Below are positions 23,000 through 37,444 of a DNA stretch of 53,304 nt, one piece after another. Both the position numbers and the translations under genes were made by a program. This DNA comes from Octopus bimaculoides. Lineage: Eukaryota. Location of the stretch: NCBI RefSeq assembly GCF_001194135.2, contig NC_068982.1:88312140-88365443 (forward strand). Direction: 5' to 3'. A model generated the notes under the pieces. That model did not search any database. It saw only the letters and a program-made list of their open reading frames with translations, and was not told the origin of the DNA. Position 1 is the stretch's first letter, and each line of letters opens with the position of its first letter.

Positions 23000-25100
23000 T
23001 GCAATTATTAAGATAATTGCTTCAACCTTTGTTTGTTTAAAATATTCGCCTCTTCGATCTTAATATTATTCCTATTTGAATCTAGAATTTTCAAAATTCA
23101 TTTCTTTGGTAACCTGTTCCTTTCATGAGTTGAGCTTTTCGTACAGCATATGATGTCTCAGGTTTTGCCCGTGGAAAACCAAGAAGCTCGATTTTGACGT
23201 TGACTTTCAGGATCAGATAAAGTCAACATTGGTAACTCCAGTATGTGACACATAGTTTTTCTTCTTGATATAATAAATTTATTGCATACTGTACCAAGCA
23301 CGTTTGGAAATATTTCATGTTTTTAGTTATTTTTGCGCACATTTAAAATACTATGTCATGACATTACCGACTGTAAACTTTATGCAGCCACGTATATTGT
23401 ATTATGTATGCAGCAAAATAAATTAGATCCTTTGTGATCCTTTCCACGTCGATATAAAAGCAATCAAAGAAAGCTAATTCATAAATATCAAAAGTTATAC
23501 TGTTGTACATTTTGGAAGAAAATGAGATATCTCATAACAATGAGATATCTCATAACAATGAGATATCTCATAACAATGAGATATCTCATAACAATGAGAT
23601 ATCTCATAACAATGAGATATCTCATAACAATGAGGTATCTCATAAAAAATAAATGATCTCAGTAATTATTTCTAATCTTAGCAGAAATTCAACTGGTAAA
23701 TTCCGTTCAACAATATGAGGGAATTATTTCAATAACTTGTTGAAACTACCTGTTGCCAAAATAATGTACTGTCAGATTCTGCCGTGTTCTCCTTTATCTT
23801 CAAACTCTACACATACCTCTGCATTCAAAACTTATGCCCACAACTTCATAGCTGGGGTTAGTTGTACAGTTAAGAGTCCTTTTCGCAACAACATGGTCTC
23901 GCGCTCTATCTCGTGATACAGCATTTGAGGTAAGTGTCGTTTTGAAATGTTGTTGAAGGAATTATCTAGATGTTTATCGGAGGAATCGTTCTCATTCTTG
24001 ATTGAGAAGTATGGTTTCTCATCAGGTTTATATACCAGGAGGAACATGAATGCATTTAAAGCAATCAACAATACTGTAGTGTTGCAAGCATTCTGTCCTA
24101 GTTTCAATTTTCTCCCTTCTTCCTATTGATCTCTGATACATTCCTTAGCTGATGCACTTTCCTCTCTGATTAAACTTCAAAGACGACAAGAATAATACAA
24201 AATAGCATAAATGTTTCGATGAGAATGTCATCACAGTTTACTAAACAATATTGAGTTTATGTTCTTAGAATCTCTAGTAGTTGTTTCTAAGATCTTAGCA
24301 TACTGAGACATGTTGTCAGTGATTGTAGTTACTGGGTTCTAAAGGAGTAAATACAAGCCTGAATCATGTTTGTAAGCCGGGATAATGAGACTCCTATCAC
24401 GACGATAATTTTGCATAACGAAGTAATTGTATTTCTTGCAGAATCCTAATTGTACTAAATTATGGATTACGAATTGTTATGTAATTTATTGTTGCTGTAG
24501 TTTTCTAAATATGAAGCTTGTACCAAAACGTTAATTCCCCCTGATTCTATATCCAGTTAATGCTGTTTTATAACAATTGCATTGATAATGTTTTCGGTAA
24601 ACTCATTTTCATTGCATATCTCATTTTATTTCTAGGACATGGTTTCAATCTTCAGTTGTTATGATATTTCACAATAATTACACCTGCAAAGATTTTAGAA
24701 CAGGTATAAACAACTGATCTTCCCACATATGAGACAGCAAAATAGGGAATCTTTGTTTTTGTTCCATTAAAAGCCAATATCATTTCGAAATAGAAATCTC
24801 ATAAAGTATGTGCATCATTCTGGGCAATTATATGTCATATAACAAAAAAGAAAAAAATCAAATTAACAAAATTGAATCAGTTGTATCTGAGCTTAACAAA
24901 CTTCCAATCACTTCTTAATTTCAACTGTTCGGTTGTGACAGTTAAATACCTTTTACTTTCCTTATCCCTTCCTTCGTTCCATGTTTTTCCTTTGGGAAAC
25001 AATGTACTTTCAAGAAAACACGAGTAACATTTACCGACAGGAATGTAACACAAGACTTCCAACGTGTGGTTATTTAGAGACTCAACAATTTTCATAAAAC
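23000..25100 (-). mobile_element. Possible heavily decayed hAT (Charlie/SPIN-like) transposase
   Basis: Scattered motifs in the expected order across frameshifts: FCCLICG (BED-like), VQASY, SARNTIT, TITDNMSQ and FCII. Weak evidence. Confidence 0.3.
23521..23645. repeat. Minisatellite, 7 x 18 bp (AATGAGATATCTCATAAC), each unit with a 14-bp palindrome
   Basis: Six perfect copies plus a seventh degenerate copy (aatgaggtatctcataaa). Confidence 0.97.
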
Positions 25101-25149
25101 GCCCGAGTATAATGATTACTCACGTTCATTCATTATATAAAACGTGTCT

Positions 25150-26200
25150 ACATCTAAATTAATTGCGAATTAGAATTTGCAGATGTGTGTGCGTAATATC
25201 ATCTCTAGACATAGAATTCAAATTATGCAAGATTTGATATTTCATCCTATTCTCATCACAGAATTGGCAAATTATTAGATATATTAGATAGTTATAACTG
25301 AGTAGATTGCTCCCAGTATATCACTGATACATGTTTTGTGTACAAGAAATGGGCATGTGGATTAAGTTGAAACACCGACCTCTCAGCAAAAGCAAAGAAC
25401 CTGGTAAGGACTGTTCTTTCTACAGGATGTGCTCTCATTAGGTTTGTTTAATATAATCGATAACAAGATTAGTGCAATGTCAAACACGATTGTCCCACTG
25501 AAAAACTTCACTTCACATCATTCTATCTGCTAATTTCCTCACTTATGTCAAGTCTACTCCCTAATGTTACACTGAATTTCCTAACAGACAGATAACATTT
25601 TTCGAGATATTGAGCAAATGTAGGCACCGTTTGATATACGATTGTGGGACGTTGCGGATCATTTTTGCTGGACTTAGTAGACGTTTTCTGCAATATATTT
25701 ACTCTCAGCGTGAGGTCAGGTTTTTTAGTTAACTATTGTGGATTTCTTTTTGTCACTATTTCAAAGGCTCCAATAATTTATCGGCAGTATCATAGCCTTT
25801 GTAACTTCTCGGTTCAAGTAAATGAGCATTTCATGCTCGGAACCATATAATGCTCTGCTTTTTCTTTTCTTTTCGTTTTACTCTGGTGTAATTAGGAATG
25901 CCACATCGATTACAATTAATAGTTTCATCTTCCAGATGACTACAATACCCAGCCTAATGTTTTGCAGTCTTTTTTCAGTTAAATAAGTCCTTCAAATCTC
26001 TTCATCATTTTAGGGGAATTGCATTTTACTCCACAAAATATTTGGATTTGAGTTGAAATATATTGCCTGCAGGAAAGCATCATCCTGTATTTTCAACAAT
26101 ATATTTATAGCTTCGTTTTCAAGGGGTGCAAAAGCAAATTTTCAATGCATTCGAAACCAAATTTCCTTTAAAAGTATCGATGCATATAGTGGGCCAAAAG
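25150..26200 (-). mobile_element. Decayed hAT transposase (C-terminal half)
   Basis: AL..SEH.ML.YL / LLEPRSYKG matches hAT 'H.LA.LL.P.Y.G'. Downstream AFAERSVF...YTK resembles the dimerisation-domain 'A.aERxFS..HTK'. Confidence 0.5.
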
Positions 26201-26290
26201 TCACGGACCAAAACGTTTGATGGCACAAAAATGTCAAAGGCTCAAACGCTCAAACGTCAAAGGCTCAAACATAAATAACTTTAAGATGTA

Positions 26291-26596
26291 CGAGGTCTGA
26301 TCAATAAGTATCCGAACTGATGCCGTAGTAACGAAACCGTAGCACGCAGAGTAAAGCTTCTTTGCAAAGATTGACCTTGACTTCTGTTGTGCGTGTGCAC
26401 TAAGTTTTAACGTTCTAGTTTACTTCCACTGTTACAGCAGTGCTTAGAAGTAACGTGTGTAACGTTCTGGGAGACCCACAACCAGCAAATCGGAGAAAAA
26501 CATTACAGATGTGCGTGCAGCTGTGAGGGGAAATCGTCGAATCCCCATCCGTGAGTTATCAGAGTTTGTGCAGATTAGTTATGGTTCAGTTTAAAC
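26291..26596 (+). mobile_element. Mariner (DD34D-type) 5' TIR plus an internally deleted transposase N-terminal fragment
   Basis: TA-CGAGGTCTGATCAATAAGTATCCG is a mariner-type end. Translation (G)RPTTSKSEKNITDVRAAVRGNRRIPIRELSEFVQISYGSV is the second HTH region. Confidence 0.8.
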
Positions 26597-27840
26597 AGAG
26601 AAATTGAGATAGTACGTTAAAACTTATCGCGCATGCACAGTGGAGTTCAAGGTCTATCTGTGCCAAGCGGTGTCAATGTCCGTGCGTCTGCTCCGTTACT
26701 ATAGTAACAATCCGGATACTTATTGATCAGACTACATATCTTGCTTACTTTAAAGTAGCATTTGGAGAACAAGGCAAAACTTAAGCTCCCTACTGCGTTG
26801 AAACTTTGCGATCATGGTCTCAAGGAGTGAATACGAAGCTCAACTTCGGTATGCCAATTGTTTGGAGAGAAGTGACAAACCATGTGGGTAACTACTAATT
26901 GTGCCTTGTTAATGTAATAGGGTTCAATACCAAAACCAAACGACACTTGCAACACCCAGACATCCCATCTATCCCTCAACCGGTTGCACTTTCCGGGGAA
27001 ATACCTGTGCTTGTATTTATTGAACTGCAACAAATTGATGATGAAGGTCTCAATTCACTTACTACTGATGAAGATAATCAGTTTATGCTATCTGATACAG
27101 GTTGTGATAATTTTCTCTGTTGTGGTCAGGGATTTGTATTTGCCAAAGCAATCTGCTGAATTATTGGTTTCCAGGCTGCAAGAGAAACGATTATTGAAAC
27201 CTGGTACTTATGTCTCATTTAATCATAACTGAGCAGCAGAATCATGGAAGTACTTCCATTCACATGGTCAGCTCGTTTATTGTAATGATGTTGAAGGGCT
27301 TCTTCTCAATTATGGGACTGTCGGTATATGATTCACTAAGCTGAGACTTTTTATTGACAGCTCTAAAAGCAACTTGCAACGTGTTTTACTTCACAACGGG
27401 AATTTGTATGGCTCAATCCCAATAAGACACTCACTAAAAAGAAAAGCTTACAACTATCGAGAGATTCTGGAGGAGTTGCTCTTGAGTTTGCAAGCATTTG
27501 GATGTAGAATTAGCATTAAATTGCACTACTAACACATTCACTTAGGTTTGTTTCCAGAGAAGGTGCGTGATGTTAGCGAAGAACAAGGTAAACGCTTTTA
27601 TCAAGATCTAAAAGTTACGGAAGAATGCTACCAAAGCCGATGGAACTGAAGTATGATGGCAGATTACTGCTGGAGCTCGATGACGGACATTCCAGGAGCT
27701 GTGTACTAGAGATCCTAAAAACCGAGGAAGTTCTTGCAGTAATAACATGAGCAGAATGATTGAACAAAATAGATAGAGATTTTGTATTCATATTCTATTA
27801 TCAAGCTTAATTCTTACATGCTAATGTGCATTTACCCCGG
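26597..27840 (+). mobile_element. Chapaev3-like (CMC superfamily) DNA transposon, decayed and internally deleted
   Basis: AYFKVAFGEQGK..AP.CVETLRSW..FGMPIVWRE..NH..CLVNVIGFN..HPDIPSIPQPV; LPKQSAELLVSRLQEKRLL; LFIDSSK..VLLHNGNLYGSIP; HLGLFPE..DVSEEQGKRFYQDL..ADYCW. The family name is from memory of these motifs. Ends are approximate. Confidence 0.75.
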
Positions 27841-27859
27841 ATCGACTTAACCTTTTTTT

Positions 27860-28090
27860 CCTTTCGTGGTGGTTAAAATAATTAACATTTGAGAACAGGG
27901 GCTGCCCTTAATAATTACAACAACAATAACAACAACAACCTCTGACAGCAGGCTGCTGTCTGCTCTCACATACTCTACCAGAATAAACAGGACCGAAGTG
28001 CTGAGAAGTAAAACAAAAACAGCAGCAGCATCAGCATCAGCAACAACAACAACAAAAACAACAACAGCAACAACAACAACAACAACAATA
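27860..28090. repeat. (CAA)/(CAG)/(TAA) low-complexity tract
   Basis: Direct reading. Confidence 0.85.
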
Positions 28091-29022
28091 ATAAGAGCAC
28101 TCAGGGAGCACAAACCTCCACCAAGGTAGCATCTAAGTCTTGCCAACGATTTGCCAGAGATGATTTTTAAAATGAGAATATCTGAAATAAACTTGACTGT
28201 TCTCACAAACGAGAATACTAAGAATGAACCCGACCGCTCTCAAAAATTAAAAAAAAAATTAAAATAATGCAAAACCCTTGTCCGGTACCTGATTGATCAC
28301 GATGGTAGTCATGGAATGTGAAGGTGGCTGTAGAAAATTTTGTAACAGTAATAAATAGTTTATCCTTATATAATACAAGCCAAAGTTAACAAATTCACCA
28401 TTCAAAATATTTTCAATGGCGGAGCTAATAATAATAAGTTCTACTCAGGAAATTTTAAATGAATAGCATTTGACCTTTTGGTTTTCTCTTCTCTTAAATT
28501 TCGGCCTTCATTTGTATTCCTGTTGTTTTAGATCGATGTATAGATGTATGTATATATGTAAGCATTCTGTGAAGCATTAATATGTATGTACAGTATATAA
28601 TGTATATATTATAAAACTATGTTAATGTTATTTAATTTCCGAACCGTTTTGCTGCTTTTTGTTTATGTAGTTTGATTTCTGTGTCCATCAGTTTCTATTA
28701 GGATAGAGACGCGAATAAAATTAATAATAGTGTAACGAAATAAAACTTTGGAAACTGCCTAGAGGAAAATAATTGGGAAATCCTTGGAAGTCAACGTAAG
28801 ATCGTAACCATGTGAAATAAAGTAAATATAACAAATAATCCAGCATCCTAGTATGGTACCGGACCGATCCCAAAATTTAATCAGTTTGTACCAGTCACAA
28901 GGCCAAACGTCTCTGAAAGTTTCATCCGAATCCATCGAACGGTCCTTGAGATATCTTGTCCACGGACAAGCAAACAAACGCGACTGAAACAATATCTCCG
29001 CCTTCGCAAAGGCGGAGGTAAT
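28088..29022 (+). mobile_element. Helentron-type non-autonomous element (HINE/DINE-1-like architecture)
   Basis: 5' aataagagcactcagggagcacaaACCTCCACCAAGG and 3' hairpin CTCCGCCTT-cgca-AAGGCGGAG-gt (28996-29017), whose right arm is complementary to the 5' motif. Internal aaagtttcatccgaatccatc..gagatatcttg..acaaacaaac block. The middle part may be unrelated insertion. Confidence 0.55.
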
Positions 29023-29039
29023 AATAATTTAGGGTTGTC

Positions 29040-29570
29040 TATTGGATAGTTTGCAACAAGTATGGACTTGGCAGAGTAAAAAAGTGGTACGAACATAAAC
29101 CCGAATGCATCATTCAAAGTGATAATGCAAAAATCCTAAGGGATTTCATGATTCAGTGCGACCATGAGGTAGAGCATAGGAAACCAGACATAGTTTTAAT
29201 TGAGAAAGAAAGTAAACGGTGTTGGTTCATAGATGTAGCATGCCATGCTGACGTGGTGTGTCATAAGAAAGAAAGAAAACTCGATAAGATATGAGAGATT
29301 AGCTTGGGAGGTTAAGCAGTCGTGGTCGATGAAAAAGGTGGTAGAAGTGCCAATAATTGTCGGAGCCCTGGGAACAGTGAAAAAAACTTGAGAAGTAAAG
29401 GAACAAATAGGGGCTGCAGTAAGAGTGGAGCACTTGCAGAAAACAGCACTGCTTGGAACCGCTCGAATACTCCAGATGGTGCTCGAAATTTAAGGGGTGT
29501 TACCTTAGTTTACTGGTAGTGAACAGCTGACGCCGTAATACCTTTTCAGCGTTAGAAGCTGTACAAAGGC
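29040..29570 (+). mobile_element. R4/Dong-clade LINE 3' end (RLE domain)
   Basis: KWYEHKPE..NAKILRDFMIQCDHEVEHRKPDIVLIEKE..CWFIDVAC..VPIIVGALGTV..SGALAENSTAWN, followed directly by (TAA)n. Confidence 0.9.
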
Positions 29571-29631
<61 letters not shown>

Positions 29632-29643
29632 TTAATAATAATG

Positions 29644-29698
<55 letters not shown>
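29571..29698. repeat. (TAA)n microsatellite running into a gap
   Basis: Direct reading. Confidence 0.98.
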
Positions 29699-30384
29699 NN
29701 NNNNNNNNNNNNNNNNNNNNNNNNNNNNNNNNNNNNNNNNNNNNNNNNNNNNNNNNNNNNNNNNNNNNNNNNNNNNNNNNNNNNNNNNNNNNNNNNNNNN
29801 NNNNNNNNNNNNNNNNNNNNNNNNNNNNNNNNNNNNNNNNNNNNNNNNNNNNNNNNNNNNNNNNNNNNNNNNNNNNNNNNNNNNNNNNNNNNNNNNNNNN
29901 NNNNNNNNNNNNNNNNNNNNNNNNNNNNNNNNNNNNNNNNNNNNNNNNNNNNNNNNNNNNNNNNNNNNNNNNNNNNNNNNNNNNNNNNNNNNNNNNNNNN
30001 NNNNNNNNNNNNNNNNNNNNNNNNNNNNNNNNNNNNNNNNNNNNNNNNNNNNNNNNNNNNNNNNNNNNNNNNNNNNNNNNNNNNNNNNNNNNNNNNNNNN
30101 NNNNNNNNNNNNNNNNNNNNNNNNNNNNNNNNNNNNNNNNNNNNNNNNNNNNNNNNNNNNNNNNNNNNNNNNNNNNNNNNNNNNNNNNNNNNNNNNNNNN
30201 NNNNNNNNNNNNNNNNNNNNNNNNNNNNNNNNNNNNNNNNNNNNNNNNNNNNNNNNNNNNNNNNNNNNNNNNNNNNNNNNNNNNNNNNNNNNNNNNNNNN
30301 NNNNNNNNNNNNNNNNNNNNNNNNNNNNNNNNNNNNNNNNNNNNNNNNNNNNNNNNNNNNNNNNNNNNNNNNNNNNNNNNNNNN

Positions 30385-30522
30385 CACTTGAACAAAACTG
30401 TACAAATCCAAATATATGGTAACCTAGGCATAACACCTACATGAACTTCTAACTTGTCTCTTGAGGTCTCTGGGTGAGACTTGGATCCAATTTGTACAAA
30501 TGCAAAACAAAAGTCAAACATA
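30385..30522 (+). mobile_element. 3' UTR of subfamily B LINE, then (TAA)n and (GATA)n to about 30670
   Basis: Homologous to 36110-36240 (ggcataacacc..cttgaggtctctgg..aaaagtcaaacat). Confidence 0.8.
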
Positions 30523-30523
30523 A

Positions 30524-30585
<62 letters not shown>

Positions 30586-30659
30586 TAATAATAATAATAA
30601 TAATGATAATAATAATAATAGATATATAAATAGATAGATAGATAGATAGACAGATAGAC

Positions 30660-32020
<1,361 letters not shown>

Positions 32021-33246
32021 GACTTGATCCAGCTTGAACTTACGTACAAAACCGCCACAATCGGACTGGACAAATACCTTGTAACAACCAGCGATTGGAT
32101 GCTAAAATTTGTAGAACAACATGAAAGATCGAAAAAACTTCCCTCTATTCTGAAAGAAAGCAATAATTCGCTACTGATCTCTTAGATACCTACCAGATTG
32201 AGCAGGTTGAAGAAAATGCGCCAACTGCTGCTGCAAAGAAAATAAAATTTATTGCAAAAAACAAAAGCAGATGAAAAATTAGCTAGCAAATGAGAAAAAC
32301 CTCTGCATGGCTAGTATTTGTCCCGTAGCAAACAAGCTGATGTCGACCAGAAACAGACTCATCAATGGTTACGAAGCTCAGGACTCAAAGCAGAGAGTGA
32401 CGGTTTCATATTAGCTGCTCAAGACCAAAGCTTATTAACCCGGAACTACCAAGCCAATGTGATAAAAAATGGAGCTGACCCAAAATGCCGAGTCTATAAC
32501 GATGAGATTGAAACTATAGAGCACCTAATCTCAGGGTGTAGAGTCTTAGCACCTGTAGAATATAAAGCAAGATATGACAGAGTCGGCCAGTAATTATACT
32601 GGACAATATGTCAGCATTATAACATCAAAACCACTGACAAATGGTATAAACACCACCCTGAAGCTGTGACTGAAGGAGAAAATGTGTCGATTCTCTTGGA
32701 CTTCCCCGTACATACCGACAAAACTATTAAAGCTAATAAACCGGATATTATTATAAAAGATCAGACAAAAAAGAGGTGTTTATTAATTGACATGAGTATT
32801 CCTCCCGATCACAATATAGCGGTGAAAGAATTTCACAGGATCAGTAAATATAAAGGCTAATAGAAATTGCTAATAGAAATTGAAAAAATATGGCATTTGA
32901 AGGCGACTACCGTACCAGTGATTGTAGGATCTCTAGGATTGATTAAAAAGGGCACTGAAACCTTGAAACCTATTTGAAAATGATACCAGGCTTAGCATCA
33001 GTACAAGAAGTGCAAAAAATCGTGTTAAGTAGAATGACTCATGTACTGAGAGGGCCATTATCACTGTAAAAACAACGTCCATTCATGAATTTACTTATTT
33101 ATTATTATTTTTTAAATTCAAATTTTACCTGTGAATTTGCGTGTGTAATCTGGGAATGCGTACAATGAACTTCTCTGCCCTAGGTGTACGGAAAACACTC
33201 GGCAACAAATGGAAGAAAATTTGAAGAAAGAAGAAAAAAAGAATAA
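32021..33246 (+). mobile_element. R4/Dong-clade LINE subfamily A, 5'-truncated; inverted homologue of 11340-12530
   Basis: LIQLELTYKTATIGL..; QWLRSSGLKAESDGFILAAQDQSL..CRV..ETIEHLISGC; LLDFPVHTDKTIKANKPDIIIKD. 10 mismatches in about 110 nt against the reverse complement of 12419-12529. Preceded by (TAA)n at 31979-32020. Confidence 0.93.
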
Positions 33247-36240
33247 TGTGACATTCTTCCTAAAATTCGCAATTTTAACCAAAACCTGAAAGTAGCTGGT
33301 AAAATCCGCCTTGCTCTTAAGGATATAATTTCACTAATGATATTGAAATTACAGATCTCAACCACCTCTTCTTTGCATCCGCGAAAATCTCAACGATTCT
33401 ATGTGGTGAAAAGATTAGAAAACGACAACATTCCCACAAAAAAGCCTACTTGAGAAGAGCATAATCAACACTAAACTCAGCTACTTAGGTCTGACAATGA
33501 ATGTTTAAAAAACCTGAAGTGTGACAAGACTATGAAATCAACAAAATTCCGAAAATTAAAGAAAAAATATATGAAAACCATACTTGACATCGATACCACC
33601 ATGGAAACTATCAAGCAAAAGGTATCTGCTAAAGCTGCCCGCATAGCATGGTATGAAAAGCGCGTTAGATTCTTCAAGGATAACGTGCTTAAAAATAACC
33701 CAAAATAATTTTACAGGAAGATAGGCAAAATACCAATTACAGTAAATTCTATCCCATCAAAAGAAGAAGTGCAGGAATTTTGGAATAAAATTTGGGCAGA
33801 AGAAATACACACACAATAAAAAGGCCCCTTGGATTGATAGAATATCCACAGACTTAAAATCATTAGAAGTGAAAAGCGAGAGAGTATCAAGGTAGAAGGT
33901 AGAAGATATAACATCTGATCTCAGGAAATCAAGCAAATGGAAGTTTCCAGGAAAGGTTAAATTCCTAAATTCTGGTTGCTTTCCTTCTCAGAGAGCCATG
34001 AGCAGCTAACAAAACTTTACAACAATGTTTTGCAACAACCTAGTCTGATTCCCAATTGGCTAGTTAATGGCATTACATTCCTACTTCCAAAAAAAAAGAA
34101 GGAAAAACAAATGAACCAAAGAAATATAGACCCAATACCTGCTTAACAACAATGTATAAAATACAAACATCTGTCTTGACTGAATATAAAGTGGCATATT
34201 CCCTAATGAGCAAAAAGGATGTAAACGTGTAGCTTATGGTTGAAAAAGTTAGCTACTCATCAATAAAATGATCTTGGAAAATTGTCACAAGCGACACAAA
34301 AACTTGTCGATACCCTAGATAGACTATAAAAAGGCTTTTGATTGTCTGCCACATAGCTGGATTAAGAAATGTATGGAAATGTATAAAATAGTACCTACTC
34401 TGCGAAACAACTTGTCTGTAAGTATGAGATCATGGAAACCACACTGATGTTGAGCAGTGGTAATGAATCTGTTAATGCTGGAGAAGCAAGAATTGCATGT
34501 GGCATTTTCCAGGGTGACTCTCTATCACTACTACTCTTTTGTCTAGCCTTAACTCTCTCGAAATTGCTCGATGATCTAAAATACGGCTATAAAATGTTTC
34601 ATAAAAATAGAAAAATTATCTCATTTACATGCATGATTTAAAACTCTTTGTAAAAAATGACCAAAAACTACAGGGCTTACTAGCAATTGTTAAAAAATTC
34701 AGTAATAACATCACAATGCAATTTGGCCTCGATAAATGTGCAAAAGTATCCAACGTTAATTTTGACCAGTAGAATGTCATAAAGGAGTTATGTCATAAAG
34801 GAGGTACAAATACCTAGGGGTATTTGAATGCGCTGGAATCAAACATTCAATGATGCGGGAAAGACTCAGAAAAGAATGTTATCGCAGGCTAAGGGTAATA
34901 CTTAAGACAGAGCTGAATGCAAGAAACAGGATCGAAGCGATCAATACTTTAGCCATACTGGTCGTGACTTACAGTTTCAATATTATTAACTGGTCAATTA
35001 CTGATATATGTAACCTTGACAGAAAAATACGAAAATTGTTGATAATGCATAGAATGCACCACCCTAGGGCAGATATAGAACGTCTTTACCTGCAAAGAAG
35101 AGAGGGTGACCGTGGACATTTACAATTGAAATTAACAATGAAGATTGCCACAATTGGCCTAAATACCTACCTGAAAATCCCTGATGACTGTATGTTAAAA
35201 CTTGTTTTAAAGCGCGAAGACAAGACATCACTATACTCAGTAACAAAAGAGGGAAAGGAATGCCTAAGTGAATTCCAAACACAACAAATCCCAGAATTAG
35301 ACGCACTGGAGACAAGCATTGAAAAAGCTAAGCGTATGAAATCCTGTGCTTAAACTGCTGCCTTAGATATTCTTACTGATAAATGGCAAGAAAAACCTCT
35401 CAATGGCAAATACCCAAAGAGAGCTAATAATTCCGATGTTGACAAAGCCCTTATCCATCAATGGCTTTTGTTCTCTGGCTTAAATTCAGAAACAGAAGAG
35501 TTTATCATAGTGGCCCAAGATCAATACCTACCTACAGGGAACTACTAGGACAACATATTAAAGAACAGCAGTCGCCCAACATGTCATGTATGTAAACAAC
35601 AAAATTAAAACCATTGATCATGTTGTCTCCATGTCCAGTCTTTTTGTGCTTACAGAGTATCTCAACGGGCATGATAGAGCCGCACAATAAATTCACTGGG
35701 TAATTTGTAAAATCCTAGACCTGTCCCTTGATAAAAAAAAACTGGTGGGAATACAAACCCCTTCAAGTGAGAGAAAGATAGATGCGAATAGGCGAGACAT
35801 TATATTGAAAGACTTCAGACAAAAATCATGCCTCTTCACTCATATGACTGTCCCAATCAACATAAAATATGTCAAAACCTACCAAAAACTGAGTAAGTAT
35901 AACGATCTTGAAAATGTGGAACCTCAAGAATGATTGCAAAAAGGGCTGATTCCTACCCAGCTCAGATATCAGGAAACCCCAAAATGGCAGAAGTTTAAAA
36001 GATTTTCCTCATGGGAACTGGCCATTTCAGACATAATATACTATCTATGTAATCTCAAATCTTAAAGCAAACTTAGAAGTTTTCTTTGTTTTCTTAAAAA
36101 CTCTCTAGAACAATGCTATGTACAAAACCAAATATATGACATCTTAGGCATAACACCAACTTGGACTTGTAACTTGTTATCCCTTGAGGTCTCTGGTGTG
36201 TCTTGGAGTCAATTTGTATAAAGCAAAAGTCAAACATATG
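33247..36240 (+). mobile_element. R4/Dong-clade LINE subfamily B, decayed; inverted homologue of 7391-10250
   Basis: KYMKTILDIDTT; YRPNTCL; IDYKKAFD; GIFQGDSLSLLLFCL; ORF 34850-35353 (RKECYRRLRVILKTELNARNR..HHPRADIERLYL); RLE remnant and 3' UTR. Confidence 0.92.
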
Positions 36241-36276
36241 TTATTATTATTATTATTATCATTATTGTTGTTGTTG

Positions 36277-36343
<67 letters not shown>

Positions 36344-36350
36344 GAATAAT

Positions 36351-36434
<84 letters not shown>

Positions 36435-36530
36435 ACAAAAACAACAACTGCAAAGTGAGGATGAATGTGATGAGGATAACGATGTTGATAATGATGATCA
36501 TAACGTCAGTAATGATGATCGATGCTATTA
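36241..36530. repeat. Compound microsatellite (TTA)/(TTG) then (TAA), (GAA), (GAT), with a strand flip
   Basis: Direct reading. The flip is at about 36344-36353. Confidence 0.95.
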
Positions 36531-37444
36531 AATTTTATTACTTATTGATACTCCATAAGAGAAAATAAAAGCATGCGATGATATACAAGAGTGATTTCAA
36601 AACTAATGTGGTATAAAAGTATTCGATATTTACAAAGAAACATTTTTTTCTTTTATGAAGAAATCTAAGAATTCAGAGATTAGAAAACATGATAATACAA
36701 TAATACTTTAAATAAAAATGATTCACAAAGAAATGTTTTCTTCAGAAAAATGCATAATTAAAAAAAATGAACATCAGATACATATATTGTCCATAACAAT
36801 AAGTGCTTTATCATGGTTTGTATTAATATTGCTCATCTTTTTTTAAGTACGACACCTTTATTTTTATATGAATCATGTGACTTTTATTTTCTTGAATATA
36901 TTTAAGATATATGCTACGTTTTTAGCTTATGCAACACGTATTTAACATCGACAAGATATGTAAAGAAATATTCTGCCTAAGAGAATTGAAAATACTTTAT
37001 ATAATACAAGTATTAAGCGTTTACTAAAAAAAAAGTATTAAATCAAACAAAATATTCACTTGGAATAAATTACAGATCTGAGACATTCAACGATATAAAC
37101 ATATATTCTGCGTAAGCAATGTTTGCTGTCTACCAGAGCCATTTCTGCAGAGGCAGAGTATAATAGACATAGTTCTTCCATACAATACAGGTATTTATAC
37201 TGCAGATAGCAAATACAGAGTGAAATAAATGTGAGCAATTTATAAACAAATAACTATCTGCTTCTACCTGCTCATATCTCTCAACCGGTTAATGCATATT
37301 AATTTCTACCATTGATACAATTCTAGTAATTTAGGGAATACGCATACTTGCTTAAGTTGACCCTAGACGTCAAAAAGCAAACTTATATTTCAACGGAGAA
37401 AATTCCACGATGAAATATTTATTCATCATAATAATGTTGATTTC

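Noticed and set aside
23521-23645. CRISPR-like palindromic repeats
   Set aside because: There are no unique spacers and no cas genes, and the context is eukaryotic.
23850-25405. Three plus-strand exon-like segments with plausible donors
   Set aside because: Only two chain in phase, and they lie antisense to probable hAT remnants.
27847-28206. 119-aa hydrophobic ORF and a polyQ frame on the opposite strand
   Set aside because: Products of (CAA)/(CAG) repeats, with stops in the polyQ frame.
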